Source: an uncultured Ignavibacteriota bacterium (GTDB lineage: Bacteria; Bacteroidota; Ignavibacteria; UBA10030; UBA8401). From it: a stretch of DNA of 64,000 nucleotides. Both the position numbers and the translations under genes were made by a program. The stretch is taken from NCBI GenBank assembly GCA_903861125.1, contig CAIOTF010000038.1:78060-142059 (forward strand). Reading direction: 5' to 3'. Positions 40,259 through 50,186 of this stretch are shown piece after piece (the first letter of the stretch is position 1; each line of letters opens with the position of its first letter). The notes beneath the pieces were generated by a model that saw nothing but the letters and a program-made list of their open reading frames with translations, did no database searches and was not told where the DNA came from.

Positions 40259-41866
40259 TTATTTTACTACTTCCCTCAACGGAACACCGTCAAGATTCTT
40301 CGGTGAAGGGAATCCGGCAAGTTTGGCCAGTGTCGGCGCCGCATCTGCGGAGTGAACTTCGCGCTGCACCGTTTGCGGCACGGCACCATTCCACCAAAAG
40401 ATGAGCGGTACATGCGTGTCGTACGAATAGGGAGAGCCGTGCGTTGTGCCTGTGGTTCGGGATGATATGATGCAGTTTTCGCGAACTCGGTACTTAAAGT
40501 CCTCGCCACGCGGGGGATAATAACTATTACGATATTTTTGGATGTACGGCTTATCGGACTTTTCTTTGCTCGTCAACTCATGCCGGAAATATACGCCGGC
40601 AAATGCTTCGATATTGAGAAACCCTTTCGTGATTTCATTTTCAAGTTTCACACTATCCCATCCATTTTTCGATGCTAATCCATAGTTGATGAAACTGTTC
40701 TTGATGAAAATGTCTTCCGATGTATCCAGTTCATATTTCAATAATAATGCAAGGGAATCTAGTTTTGGTTTAATGTCGGACGCATAGATGTACCGTTTTG
40801 CATTCATATTCCGATACTGTGAATTAAACTCCGGCAGAGGACAAACGGCGTGATCGGCACTTAGTGCTACTACGTAATTATTTTTGCCAACCGTTCTGTC
40901 CAGTTCATTGAACAGTTTGCCTAATCCTCGATCGGTATTTACAAGCAAGTCCAATAATTCGTGACTGTCCGGTCCATATCCATGGCCGACGTAATCACAA
41001 TTTGAAAGTGAGACGCACAGAACATCCGTCACACCGCGTTGTCCTAATTTTTCCCCGCGAATTGCCGCAAGAGAAAAATCAATCACAAAAAGATCACCAT
41101 ACGGCGTTCCCATAATTTGTTCTGATTTTTTTTCAGGATCGAACACATGGGGAAATGAAGAACTTCCGTTCCATTTCTGCTCTGCCGAAAACTCATCTGG
41201 CCCAACCTTTGCGTATTCCGCTTCGGGCAGACTTTTTGTCCACGCATCCGGGACATTCTTACCGATCCACCCTAATGCATTGAACGATCGTGCCCACACA
41301 GGAAGTGATTTCATATAATAATCCGAAGTAACCATCGTGCCGTTCTTTTTCCCGTACCAAAAAACAAAGTCCGCCTTCGATCCGCCCATCAGGATTGCGG
41401 CCCGGTCCTTCGCTGAAACAGCAACCACTTTTGACTGCTTTGAATGTTCTTTCAGCCAATCGCCGATCGCAGGAACAACCAGGTTCCTCGCCGAAAAACC
41501 TCCCCCTTCCCCTTCAACCGGTTTTGCCAATGAGTCTTCTACGCAATAGACATTTCTTTTTGAATCTGGATCGATCCAATCATTGCTTAGGATACCGCTT
41601 TTCGACGGATAACATCCGGTTCCAAGCGTGGCATGGCCGGGACCGGTTTCACTCGTAGCATAATTCAGATCGGCATTTGAAAAAACGATCCCCTGCGAAG
41701 AGAGTCTTTTAAATCCGCCAGTAAACAGATATCCGTACCGGTCAAAATAGTCCGCCCGCATTTGATCGACTGAGATGAATACGACAAGTTTGGGTACCGG
41801 GGATTTTGCAGCAGCAATTGAAAAGAAGCAAATTACTAAAATGATTTTTTTCACGATTATCTCCAC
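40259..41866 (-). CDS. Type I phosphodiesterase/nucleotide pyrophosphatase family protein (alkaline phosphatase superfamily).
   Basis: Signal peptide plus the metal-site motifs VDQMRADY and GHATLGTGCYPSKSGI typical of the PF01663/ENPP-like family. 535 aa. Confidence 0.75.
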   Translation of the reverse strand: MEIIVKKIILVICFFSIAAAKSPVPKLVVFISVDQMRADYFDRYGYLFTGGFKRLSSQGIVFSNADLNYATSETGPGHATLGTGCYPSKSGILSNDWIDPDSKRNVYCVEDSLAKPVEGEGGGFSARNLVVPAIGDWLKEHSKQSKVVAVSAKDRAAILMGGSKADFVFWYGKKNGTMVTSDYYMKSLPVWARSFNALGWIGKNVPDAWTKSLPEAEYAKVGPDEFSAEQKWNGSSSFPHVFDPEKKSEQIMGTPYGDLFVIDFSLAAIRGEKLGQRGVTDVLCVSLSNCDYVGHGYGPDSHELLDLLVNTDRGLGKLFNELDRTVGKNNYVVALSADHAVCPLPEFNSQYRNMNAKRYIYASDIKPKLDSLALLLKYELDTSEDIFIKNSFINYGLASKNGWDSVKLENEITKGFLNIEAFAGVYFRHELTSKEKSDKPYIQKYRNSYYPPRGEDFKYRVRENCIISSRTTGTTHGSPYSYDTHVPLIFWWNGAVPQTVQREVHSADAAPTLAKLAGFPSPKNLDGVPLREVVK

Positions 41867-42258
41867 ATGGAAAGAAGCGCCGCAGAGATCACCGACGCAA
41901 CAAGAAAATATCCGGAATAGATACTTTTGACAATAAGCGATTGTTTGTCAAAACGGAACGAGACCGCCAAATGGATGAGCGAGATCAGCAGCCACACTGC
42001 AAGACCGACGTAGATTCCCTGATTCATACCGACGGAATGTATTGAATCAACAACGACGTCCATGATAAAACAGAACAGAAGAATAAAGAAAAACTGAAAT
42101 GCAAGCTTCAATAATGTAATTTCACTTCCGTCCCGCTGACGATATTTTTTAATCTGGTTTCCGAATAATGCAGAGGAAAACCAGAGCGCCAACAACGAAA
42201 AACAGATGAATGCCGCACTGATGACCGCCGGAATATTCAGAGTGATTTTGAAAGGCAT
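41857..42258 (-). CDS. Hypothetical integral membrane protein.
   Basis: 133 aa with 4 predicted TM helices. Sits between tkt and the phosphodiesterase gene on the same strand. Confidence 0.45.
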   Translation of the reverse strand: MPFKITLNIPAVISAAFICFSLLALWFSSALFGNQIKKYRQRDGSEITLLKLAFQFFFILLFCFIMDVVVDSIHSVGMNQGIYVGLAVWLLISLIHLAVSFRFDKQSLIVKSIYSGYFLVASVISAALLSMWR

Positions 42259-42259
42259 A

Positions 42260-44254
42260 TTATTTCAGCATTGCTTTCGCTCTTGCCAGAACATTATCTA
42301 TTGTAAATCCAAAATGTTTATATAAGTCTTCATACGGCGCCGACTGACCGAACATATTGATCGTGATCGTTTCGCTTGCGTATTTATGCCAGCCGAGTTC
42401 AACACCCGCTTCCACAGCGAGACGATTTTTTACTGAATGAGGAAATACAGAATCGCGGTATTCTTTTGACTGCCGTTCGAATAACTCCCACGATGGCATA
42501 CTGACGATCCGTGTTTTTATACCTTCGTTCGTCATTTGTTCATATGCGCCGAGGGCATATTGAAGTTCAGATCCGGTTCCAATTAAAATGATCGCCGGAG
42601 CCGGTGAATTTTCCGCAAGAATATATGCTCCCTTCGCTGTCATTTCTGCCGGTGCATATTTTGATCTATCGATCAGCGGAAGCTTTTGCCGAGTCAGTGC
42701 AAGAGCTACTGGTCCGTTCGTCCGTTCAATTGCAAGTTTCCATGCTTGAGCAGTTTCATTTGCGTCGGCAGGACGGATCACCGTAATATTCGGTATTGTG
42801 CGAAGCGATGCCAATTGTTCAACCGGTTGGTGCGTCGGTCCGTCTTCACCGAGGCCTATACTGTCGTGTGTAAACACATAGATCGGCCGGATGCCCATTA
42901 ATGCGGCAAGACGGATCGGCGGACGCATATATTCCGAAAATATCAGGAATGTTCCACCGTACGGAATCATCCCGGCGGTCAACGCAATGCCGTTCATCAG
43001 CGAACCCATTGCATGTTCGCGCACGCCGTAGCGGATATATCTTCCGCCGTAATTCAACGGTTGATAGTTCTCCATCCCTTTCACAAATGTATTGTTCGAC
43101 GGTGTGAGATCGGCAGAACCGCCGATCATGGTCGGCAAATGCGGCGCAATGGCGGCAAGCACTTTTCCCGAAGCTTCGCGCGTGGCAAGAGTCCCATTTT
43201 CTGCCGTAAAGACCGGCAGCGCATTTTTCCACGCTTCACCGTAGTTCCCTTTCACAGAATTCAACAGTGTTGCTGCCGGTTCCGCATGAGCTTTTGAATA
43301 AGCAGAAAAACGTGTGTTCCATTCTTCCTCTTGTTTCTTTCCATTTTCCACTGCCTGACGAAAATGTTTCAATGCTTCTTCCGGAATAAAAAATATTTTG
43401 TTTTCGTCCCAGCCATAATTTTTCTTCGTAAGCCGTATTTCATCGTCACCCAGCGGGGAACCGTGGGCATCATGTGTATCCTGTTTGTTCGGACTTCCAA
43501 AACCTATATGCGTCTTCACCTTTATCAATGACGGCTTATCCGTCACCTGCTGCGCGTGACGAATAGCCTTTTCCACTTTTTCAACATCATTTCCGTCGTG
43601 AACTGTCTGCACGTGCCAGCCGTACGCTTCAAACCGGGCTCCAACATCTTCGGTGAAAGACAATGCAGTGCTGCCATCGATACTGATATTGTTGTCATCG
43701 TAAAGATAAATAACATTCCCGAGTTTCAAATGTCCGGCCAACGATGCCGCTTCCGATGAAACTCCTTCCATCAGATCGCCATCGCCACATATAGCATAGA
43801 CGAAATAATCAATGACGGGAAAATCCGGTCTATTGAACGTTGCAGCGAGATACCGTTGAGCCATTGCCATTCCAATACCATTGGAAAAACCTTGGCCAAG
43901 CGGACCTGTCGTTGTTTCCACTCCTGCAGTATGTCCAAACTCAGGATGACCGGGTGTTTTGCTCCCCAGTTGGCGGAATTTTTGTAGTTCGTCAAACGAA
44001 AGATCATATCCCGTCAGATGAAGCAATGAGTATAATAACATAGATCCATGACCGCCGGAGAGAACAAATCTGTCTCGATTCATCCATTGCGGATTTGACG
44101 GGTTATGCTTTAAAAATTTTGTCCATATAACGTATGCCATGGAAGCCGCACCCATCGGCATACCCGGATGGCCGGATTTTGCTTTCTGAACGCCGTCAAT
44201 AGATAAGGTTCGAATTGTATTGATGCATAGTTGGTCAAGTTGGTTTGAAGACAC
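42260..44254 (-). CDS. tkt: Transketolase.
   Basis: 664 aa with the TPP-binding GDGxxxEG region ([20 protein letters not shown]) and conserved HxxxG/GEDGPTHQ motifs. Confidence 0.93.
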   Translation of the reverse strand: MSSNQLDQLCINTIRTLSIDGVQKAKSGHPGMPMGAASMAYVIWTKFLKHNPSNPQWMNRDRFVLSGGHGSMLLYSLLHLTGYDLSFDELQKFRQLGSKTPGHPEFGHTAGVETTTGPLGQGFSNGIGMAMAQRYLAATFNRPDFPVIDYFVYAICGDGDLMEGVSSEAASLAGHLKLGNVIYLYDDNNISIDGSTALSFTEDVGARFEAYGWHVQTVHDGNDVEKVEKAIRHAQQVTDKPSLIKVKTHIGFGSPNKQDTHDAHGSPLGDDEIRLTKKNYGWDENKIFFIPEEALKHFRQAVENGKKQEEEWNTRFSAYSKAHAEPAATLLNSVKGNYGEAWKNALPVFTAENGTLATREASGKVLAAIAPHLPTMIGGSADLTPSNNTFVKGMENYQPLNYGGRYIRYGVREHAMGSLMNGIALTAGMIPYGGTFLIFSEYMRPPIRLAALMGIRPIYVFTHDSIGLGEDGPTHQPVEQLASLRTIPNITVIRPADANETAQAWKLAIERTNGPVALALTRQKLPLIDRSKYAPAEMTAKGAYILAENSPAPAIILIGTGSELQYALGAYEQMTNEGIKTRIVSMPSWELFERQSKEYRDSVFPHSVKNRLAVEAGVELGWHKYASETITINMFGQSAPYEDLYKHFGFTIDNVLARAKAMLK

Positions 44255-44412
44255 AAATACTCCGATTTTTCAAGTGGATGTAAAATTTTGTGAGGAAAGA
44301 TAGAAAAAAATGAATGAAGATAAAAGAATGGAATGTCCGAAATAATTCCATTAATTCGAATTCAGTCACATTTCAATACCATCTCTTTATGCAGATATTG
44401 CAACGGACGGAC

Positions 44413-44446
44413 AATAAAAAACCCAGCGGAATTTTGCCGGGTCTTT
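44413..44446 (-). terminator. Rho-independent terminator after the repeat-protein gene.
   Basis: The minus strand reads GACCCGGCAAAATTCCGCTGGGT followed by TTTTTTATTG (stem with one mismatch plus T-run), 20 nt after the stop at 44467. Confidence 0.5.
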
Positions 44447-44466
44447 AATCGATTAAAAATAAATGG

Positions 44467-46371
44467 TCATTGTTCCTTATAAATGGTGACACCCCAATGT
44501 GTGCGGTCGTCCGGCGCATCGTCGTTCCAATCATTGAATGCATGCGAATCGTCCGTTTGATAATGCACTTCGTATTCCCCTTTTTCCAGATAGACCGTCT
44601 TATCAAATACGCGGTTTTTCTTTGAGCCGCCGGCGTGCGTTGTGGTCCGATAAGTCATCTCCCACACAACCTCGCCATTTTTTGCATTCTCGATCCATGC
44701 ATAATCAGACATTTCGTTGCCGACACCTTCACCAATTGCGTAAATACGGACTTTCATGGATTTTTCAAGCGTAAATTTCTGACGGACATGCTTATCATCC
44801 CTTACTTTGATCAACTGTGCGATTACATTTTCATCCTGCGTTTCCTCATACTTTGCAACATTCTTTGCAGAGAAATTCTCGCCGGCGCCCATGACCGTGA
44901 TACCGTATGATTCTGCATCGAACGGTTTATCGTCGTTCCAATCATTGTAGGCATGCGAATCATCGGTCTGATAGAATACGATGTAATTCCCTGCAGGTAG
45001 CGTTATGAACTCATCGGCCAGACGATTCTTTTTTGCACCGCCGGCATGCGTAGTATTCTGACTGGTCATTTCCCAAACACGTGTACGTGTCTTTGCGTTA
45101 ATAATCCAGCCATAATCGGCAAAATCTTCGCCTTCTTTGTTGTAAACAGGTTTTCCAAATACCACAACATGCATTCCGTTGCCGGCTTCACCAAGTGCGT
45201 ACACATGCAATTGGGTTTCCTCTTTTAATGTAAAACCAGATTGGAGAAAATCATCGTTGCGTGCACGGGTCAATTGAACGATAACATTCTTCTTCTCAAA
45301 AGCATAGTCGGAAATTCCAATGGCGGATTTTTCCGATTCATTCTTTGCCGTGATCGTTACTCCATAATTGAAAGGATCGTACGGAGGCTTCGAATTCCAA
45401 TCCTCTCGCGAATGGGAATCGTCCGTTACAAAACTGATTTCATAATTTCCTTTTGTCAAACGAACATCACCTTTGAACAGAACATTTTTCGATGCACCGC
45501 CAGCATATTCCGTATTACCGTATTTCATCTCCCAAACACGTTCGCGCGTATCGGAATTGGTGATCCATCCGTAATCGAATACTTCCTCGTGACCGCGTCC
45601 CTCACCAATCGCATAGATTGAAACCGTTGCATCTTTATTCACCGTCATTTTTTTTCGTATAAAAGCGCCGTCGCCTACACCGGTTGCAGCAAAAACAACA
45701 TTCGCATTCTTTTTCGGTGCGTTGAATATTTGCACTGCACTCTCATCGCCGGCCGGAACCGAAAGGAATATCCCGTAATCATTTTTTGCCCGGTCCATGA
45801 ACTCATCATACATGGAACTGTAGTCATCGCTAAACCAATTCAAAAACTTATCGAACTTATTCCGCGATTTCCCTTCACGGCGATCGATATTGATGGAAGT
45901 AAAAGTACCGAACGAAGAGCTTGAAGAGAACCCGTACGCAGCGTAATACACTTCATACGAACCTTGTTTCAATTTAATATTGTCTTCCGCTGTACGGTTT
46001 TCCTCGCGGCCCGATGTATTATCCATCGACATTTCCCACACCACTTCGCGTGTATCCGCATTGATGATCCACCCCGCGGCATACATATCGTTGGAACGAC
46101 CCTTCGTGCCAAAGACCTCTTTCCAGGAATTCTTACTTCCCCCTCCGGCTGCATTAATGTGAACAGTAATATCTTTATTCACGGTGAACCCAAGACCCTT
46201 CACTTCTTCCGTAGTGAAATCTTTCAGTGAGATGAAATATTTTTTTGAATCTGATTGTAATGGTGAATTTGCAGGCGGATTTCCGTTAGCAGGGTCAGTA
46301 AAACCGAAGGATGTCATTGCAAGAATCGAAATGAACATAGCAACGATCGGTCCTTTTGTGGTGTTTTTCAT
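44467..46371 (-). CDS. Secreted protein with four tandem ~100-aa internal repeats of an unrecognised domain.
   Basis: Signal peptide (IVAMFISILAMTSFG). Repeats at aa ~61-162, 242-340, 380-492 and 533-631 share [FM]T[VL]xK..V.IYA[IL]GEG...Y[GA]WI.N[AS].TR..VWEM....T..AGG..KN....Y.V.YQTDDSHA..DWND....D..YG[VI]T[VI]. Confidence 0.6.
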   Translation of the reverse strand: MKNTTKGPIVAMFISILAMTSFGFTDPANGNPPANSPLQSDSKKYFISLKDFTTEEVKGLGFTVNKDITVHINAAGGGSKNSWKEVFGTKGRSNDMYAAGWIINADTREVVWEMSMDNTSGREENRTAEDNIKLKQGSYEVYYAAYGFSSSSSFGTFTSINIDRREGKSRNKFDKFLNWFSDDYSSMYDEFMDRAKNDYGIFLSVPAGDESAVQIFNAPKKNANVVFAATGVGDGAFIRKKMTVNKDATVSIYAIGEGRGHEEVFDYGWITNSDTRERVWEMKYGNTEYAGGASKNVLFKGDVRLTKGNYEISFVTDDSHSREDWNSKPPYDPFNYGVTITAKNESEKSAIGISDYAFEKKNVIVQLTRARNDDFLQSGFTLKEETQLHVYALGEAGNGMHVVVFGKPVYNKEGEDFADYGWIINAKTRTRVWEMTSQNTTHAGGAKKNRLADEFITLPAGNYIVFYQTDDSHAYNDWNDDKPFDAESYGITVMGAGENFSAKNVAKYEETQDENVIAQLIKVRDDKHVRQKFTLEKSMKVRIYAIGEGVGNEMSDYAWIENAKNGEVVWEMTYRTTTHAGGSKKNRVFDKTVYLEKGEYEVHYQTDDSHAFNDWNDDAPDDRTHWGVTIYKEQ

Positions 46372-46490
46372 AAGGTCATTCTCCTATAATACAGGTTTCC
46401 AGACTTTACGAGAAAAATGAGGGTTTAGTTGCAGATTTTTTGAAATGGCGGGAACAAAGAATGGTCTTTACAATTGAGTATATGCGGTTT

Positions 46491-46886
46491 TCAACGAATT
46501 TCAAGCATTTTTTTCATCGGCTTCCAGTAAAAATCAATCCACCCCTGTTTAATTGCGGAAAGATGTTTTGATGGAACATTCTTATGAGTAAATGTTACCG
46601 TACAACCGGTCTTGGTTGGCGTAATAGTCAATGAAATTTCAGATATCTCTTCCTCATCCCAGTCAGACGCACGCCATGTTTGAACGATCTTTTCATCCGG
46701 CACAAGTATGAGATTTTTACCTGATGCATATCCATCATACGCGGAAAATTTACCGCCGATTTTTCGGCTGATCTTAGCAGGAGCATCGGTGAACTTCGCA
46801 TGCTTTTTAGAATCCATCAATGCTTCATAGACATCGTGCGCCGATGCTTTGAAAGAGATTTTTTGTCTGATGGCGTTGTTTTTCAT
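46491..46886 (-). CDS. SRPBCC-superfamily protein (Aha1/polyketide cyclase-like START fold).
   Basis: 131 aa. Pattern typical of AHSA1/SRPBCC small ligand-binding proteins. Weak assignment. Confidence 0.45.
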   Translation of the reverse strand: MKNNAIRQKISFKASAHDVYEALMDSKKHAKFTDAPAKISRKIGGKFSAYDGYASGKNLILVPDEKIVQTWRASDWDEEEISEISLTITPTKTGCTVTFTHKNVPSKHLSAIKQGWIDFYWKPMKKMLEIR

Positions 46887-46895
46887 GATATGTTC

Positions 46896-47660
46896 TTAAA
46901 TCGATTCAATTTCTTTTTCCGGTATCCATCCCACTTTACCGTCGGCAAGGCGTATCTTATACCACTTGTTCACATTATCGAGCACCTGCACCTTCAATCC
47001 GCGATGGATAACAAAGAGATCGTTCCCTTTGCTGTCCGGTGCTGATTTGATATTTGAAACGTCGTTCATGACGACGGCAAATTCCGTATTCGATACGCGA
47101 TATGCCTGCACAAGGAAATTTCCGGTACCGAGCAAAAGCAGAACCAAACAGATAATACCGCTCATCAGCGAATAGCGTCTGCGTTCGTACGTTCCCGCAA
47201 AGAGAAAATAGGAGAACGAACCGAGTGTGAGCAGAAACAGCGCATAGATCATCCACAGCATCGTATCGAGCGTAAAGACCGTGAGCAGTGATTCTGCCCA
47301 ACGGTAGATGAACAACTCCGGGATCGCTTCAATCTTATCCGTCAATTGAACATTCACAAACTGAATATTGAAGTTCAAATCGTCATCATTCGGAATAAAC
47401 GTACGGGCACGCTCATAGTTCAAGACCGCATATTGAAGTTTCCCCGATTTGTAATACGCATTCCCCAGATTGAAATACACTTCGCCGTTCACGTAACCAT
47501 TTTTGATGATGGATTCGTACCGCGAGACCGCGGCATCGTACTTTTGCTCAAGGTATAAACGATTCGCATCATCAAAAACAGATGAGAGTTCTTCGGATTG
47601 TGCCGAAACACTTACTACGGAAGCACAGAGAGACAGAAGAATCATTACAATTTTTTTCAT
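46896..47660 (-). CDS. batE: Aerotolerance-operon protein BatE-like (TPR repeats + C-terminal SH3b domain).
   Basis: Signal peptide, TPR units, a TM segment, and a C-terminal SH3b-like region (KVQVLDNVNKWYKIRLADGKVGWIPEKEI). Last gene of the bat block. Confidence 0.7.
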   Translation of the reverse strand: MKKIVMILLSLCASVVSVSAQSEELSSVFDDANRLYLEQKYDAAVSRYESIIKNGYVNGEVYFNLGNAYYKSGKLQYAVLNYERARTFIPNDDDLNFNIQFVNVQLTDKIEAIPELFIYRWAESLLTVFTLDTMLWMIYALFLLTLGSFSYFLFAGTYERRRYSLMSGIICLVLLLLGTGNFLVQAYRVSNTEFAVVMNDVSNIKSAPDSKGNDLFVIHRGLKVQVLDNVNKWYKIRLADGKVGWIPEKEIESI

Positions 47661-49513
47661 CGCACCAGTTCCCTTTCTGCCGCTACGATGATGCTGCTTG
47701 CCATCTCGTACATTTTATTCTTTTCTTCCTGCGACGAACTGCCGGGAGCGAACCGTGCAAATTCACATGATTCAAGAAGCTCCTTTATTTTTTGCGTCAG
47801 AACGTCGGAGACTTTCTTCTCCTGCAATTTTTGCGTGACGTTATCAACAGAAAGTTCGGCACGATCGATCGCGAGTTTATCAGAAACATACTGCCACATG
47901 GCCGTGGAAACTTCTGCATAAAATTCTTCCGGTTTATTCGCGTTCAGCAGCATCTTCGCAATTGCCAATTTCTTCGCAGCAATCTTCAGCGCTTTACGTG
48001 AACGGAACGATACAACATCCGACATTTCCGACAATGCTTTTTGCCGGTGGAACAAAAGGCCGATGAATGCGGCAAACGGTATCAGCGTCATCATTATCAC
48101 AGCGACAGGATCGATCAATTCTTTATCTTTTTTGCGGAATGATCCTGCATCGGTCTTAATAAATCGAATATCCTGGTTGAGCAGCTTCACATCCTCTTTT
48201 GATAAGCCTGATGCATTTTGCGGAGCTTCAGCACTCCCTTTCTCTACCAACACGTTGAACTCATTCGTATGCAGTGCAACATATCTGCGCTGCCCTACAT
48301 CGAAATACGAAAATTCAAGCGCCGGAATTTTTTTATCACCGGGATACCGGGGAACAATGAGCCATTCGAATGTTTTTGTGCCGTTGATCGTCGAGCCGGT
48401 CCTTTCGATCTCTTCCTTTACCTTCGGATCGTACTGTTCAAAATCGGACGGTAATTTCAACTTCGGCGCTTCAAGAATTTTGACATTCCCTGTTCCCGAA
48501 ATCGTTGCTTTTAATGAGATTGGCTCGTTCGTTTTGGCATGACGTTTATTGAGCTCTGCTTTCAGCGTAAACTTTCCGACGGCTCCCTGGAACGATTCCG
48601 GCACAGGATTTTGCGGCAACGGAAGTGACGTGATCTTTACCGGTTCACTCTTCAGTGGAACATTCGCCGTCTGAGCACCGAAGAACGGGTCGTTGAAGAA
48701 CTGATCAAAAATATCATTTGAGCGGCGTTTCGTCTGCACCTGAACCTGACAGGTCAGTTCCATCGGATTGATTTCAAGATTTCCACTTTGCGTCGGGAAG
48801 AGTGCCATCTTCTTCAACACGCCAACCTGATATTGTTTCCCGTTGATTGTTTCGTTGGATAGACTCACCTGCTGCGGAAGCTGTAATTCTTCGCCCCAGA
48901 AACCGGTCATTGTCGGAAGTTTATTGATGGAATAATTGACGATCCGCGCCCTGGTATAGATCTTATACGTTACCGTGATCTGCTCGCCTTGGTAGACGCG
49001 TGAACGATCAACGACAGCCCGAAGGAAAACATTATCGCCGATATCTACCGGTTCCCCCTGTGGCGATTGGGCTTGCTGACGTTTTTGTCCGGACCCTTTT
49101 GTTACCGAAAGTTCTACCGGATTGGATTTGAACTGATTATTGCCGACCTCGATCGTTGCCGAACCGATTGTGAATTTTCCGGCTTCGCGCGGCTGCAAAA
49201 CATAGCTGAACGATTGCGACGAAGAGACCGAACCGTTAATAATCTGCATGCTTGTCGATTGGTTCGGTCCGGAAAGAACTAGAAATTTGCTCAGATCGGG
49301 AGTCTTAAAATTACGCGCATTGGCACCCGATGTTGTTACGGTAAACTCAAGTGTGAACTGATCATCGGCGGCGACCGGATTCTTGTCCACACCGGCAGTA
49401 AATGTTGCTTCCTGCGAGACAAGAAGAGCGGAGAATATCCACGTTGCAGCCAGAATGATATATAGTTTAATTTTTTTCATTTGATTGAAAGCACTACCAA
49501 TCTTTTTCAACAT
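47657..49513 (-). CDS. batD: BatD-like oxygen-tolerance protein.
   Basis: 618 aa. Signal peptide, large extracytoplasmic domain, a single TM (MTLIPFAAFIGLLF) and a cytoplasmic helical tail. Start overlaps the batC stop. Confidence 0.7.
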   Translation of the reverse strand: MLKKIGSAFNQMKKIKLYIILAATWIFSALLVSQEATFTAGVDKNPVAADDQFTLEFTVTTSGANARNFKTPDLSKFLVLSGPNQSTSMQIINGSVSSSQSFSYVLQPREAGKFTIGSATIEVGNNQFKSNPVELSVTKGSGQKRQQAQSPQGEPVDIGDNVFLRAVVDRSRVYQGEQITVTYKIYTRARIVNYSINKLPTMTGFWGEELQLPQQVSLSNETINGKQYQVGVLKKMALFPTQSGNLEINPMELTCQVQVQTKRRSNDIFDQFFNDPFFGAQTANVPLKSEPVKITSLPLPQNPVPESFQGAVGKFTLKAELNKRHAKTNEPISLKATISGTGNVKILEAPKLKLPSDFEQYDPKVKEEIERTGSTINGTKTFEWLIVPRYPGDKKIPALEFSYFDVGQRRYVALHTNEFNVLVEKGSAEAPQNASGLSKEDVKLLNQDIRFIKTDAGSFRKKDKELIDPVAVIMMTLIPFAAFIGLLFHRQKALSEMSDVVSFRSRKALKIAAKKLAIAKMLLNANKPEEFYAEVSTAMWQYVSDKLAIDRAELSVDNVTQKLQEKKVSDVLTQKIKELLESCEFARFAPGSSSQEEKNKMYEMASSIIVAAERELVR

Positions 49514-50186
49514 TTATTCGCACGGGAACTTTTTTACGGACTTTTTTCTGCGTGTTCTTTTCGTCGTTCTTCAACGCCTCAAGGATTCGTTCCGCTTCTT
49601 TCTTGGAAAGTTCCTTCTGCTGCTGAGCCATTTGCTGCTGTTCCTGCTTCTGCTGATCCTGTTTTTGCTGTTGCTGCTGCTGTTGTTGATCCTGTTTTTG
49701 CTGATCCTTCTTGTCCTGCTTTTTATTCTTGTCGTTCTTCTGTTGCTGCTGTTGCTGCTGCTGTTGGGCTTTCAGCATGCGGGCGGCATAGGATAGATTA
49801 TATTTTGCATCTTCATCGTTCGGATTGAGTTTCAATGCGCGCTTATAGGAATTGATGCTTTCCTGATACTGCTTCCCACCGAAATACGCATTGCCGATAT
49901 TGTAATGAATCTTTGATTGTGTTTCCTTATCCGTAGTCTTACTCAATGCCTGAGAATAATTCTGGATCGCTTCCTCGTACCGCTGTTGTTTATGCACAGC
50001 ATTTCCGAGATTGTACGTTCCTTCCATCAGATCTTTTTCTTTTTCGAGCGACTTTTTGTATTCCGCTTCGGCGTCGGAAAACTGCTTCTTTTCATAGAGT
50101 TCATTTCCATTGTTCACGAGAGAACGTATTGACTGAGCATTCAACAGGGAACAGAGCATTACCAAAATGAAGGCTATGTATTTCAT
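49494..50186 (-). CDS. batC: BatC-like TPR protein with Gln/Lys-rich low-complexity tail.
   Basis: Signal peptide, 3 TPR units, then a poly-Q/K segment (QQQQQQQQQKNDKNKKQDKK...QQQQQQQQKQDQQKQEQQQ). Confidence 0.7.
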   Translation of the reverse strand: MKYIAFILVMLCSLLNAQSIRSLVNNGNELYEKKQFSDAEAEYKKSLEKEKDLMEGTYNLGNAVHKQQRYEEAIQNYSQALSKTTDKETQSKIHYNIGNAYFGGKQYQESINSYKRALKLNPNDEDAKYNLSYAARMLKAQQQQQQQQQKNDKNKKQDKKDQQKQDQQQQQQQQKQDQQKQEQQQMAQQQKELSKKEAERILEALKNDEKNTQKKVRKKVPVRINVEKDW

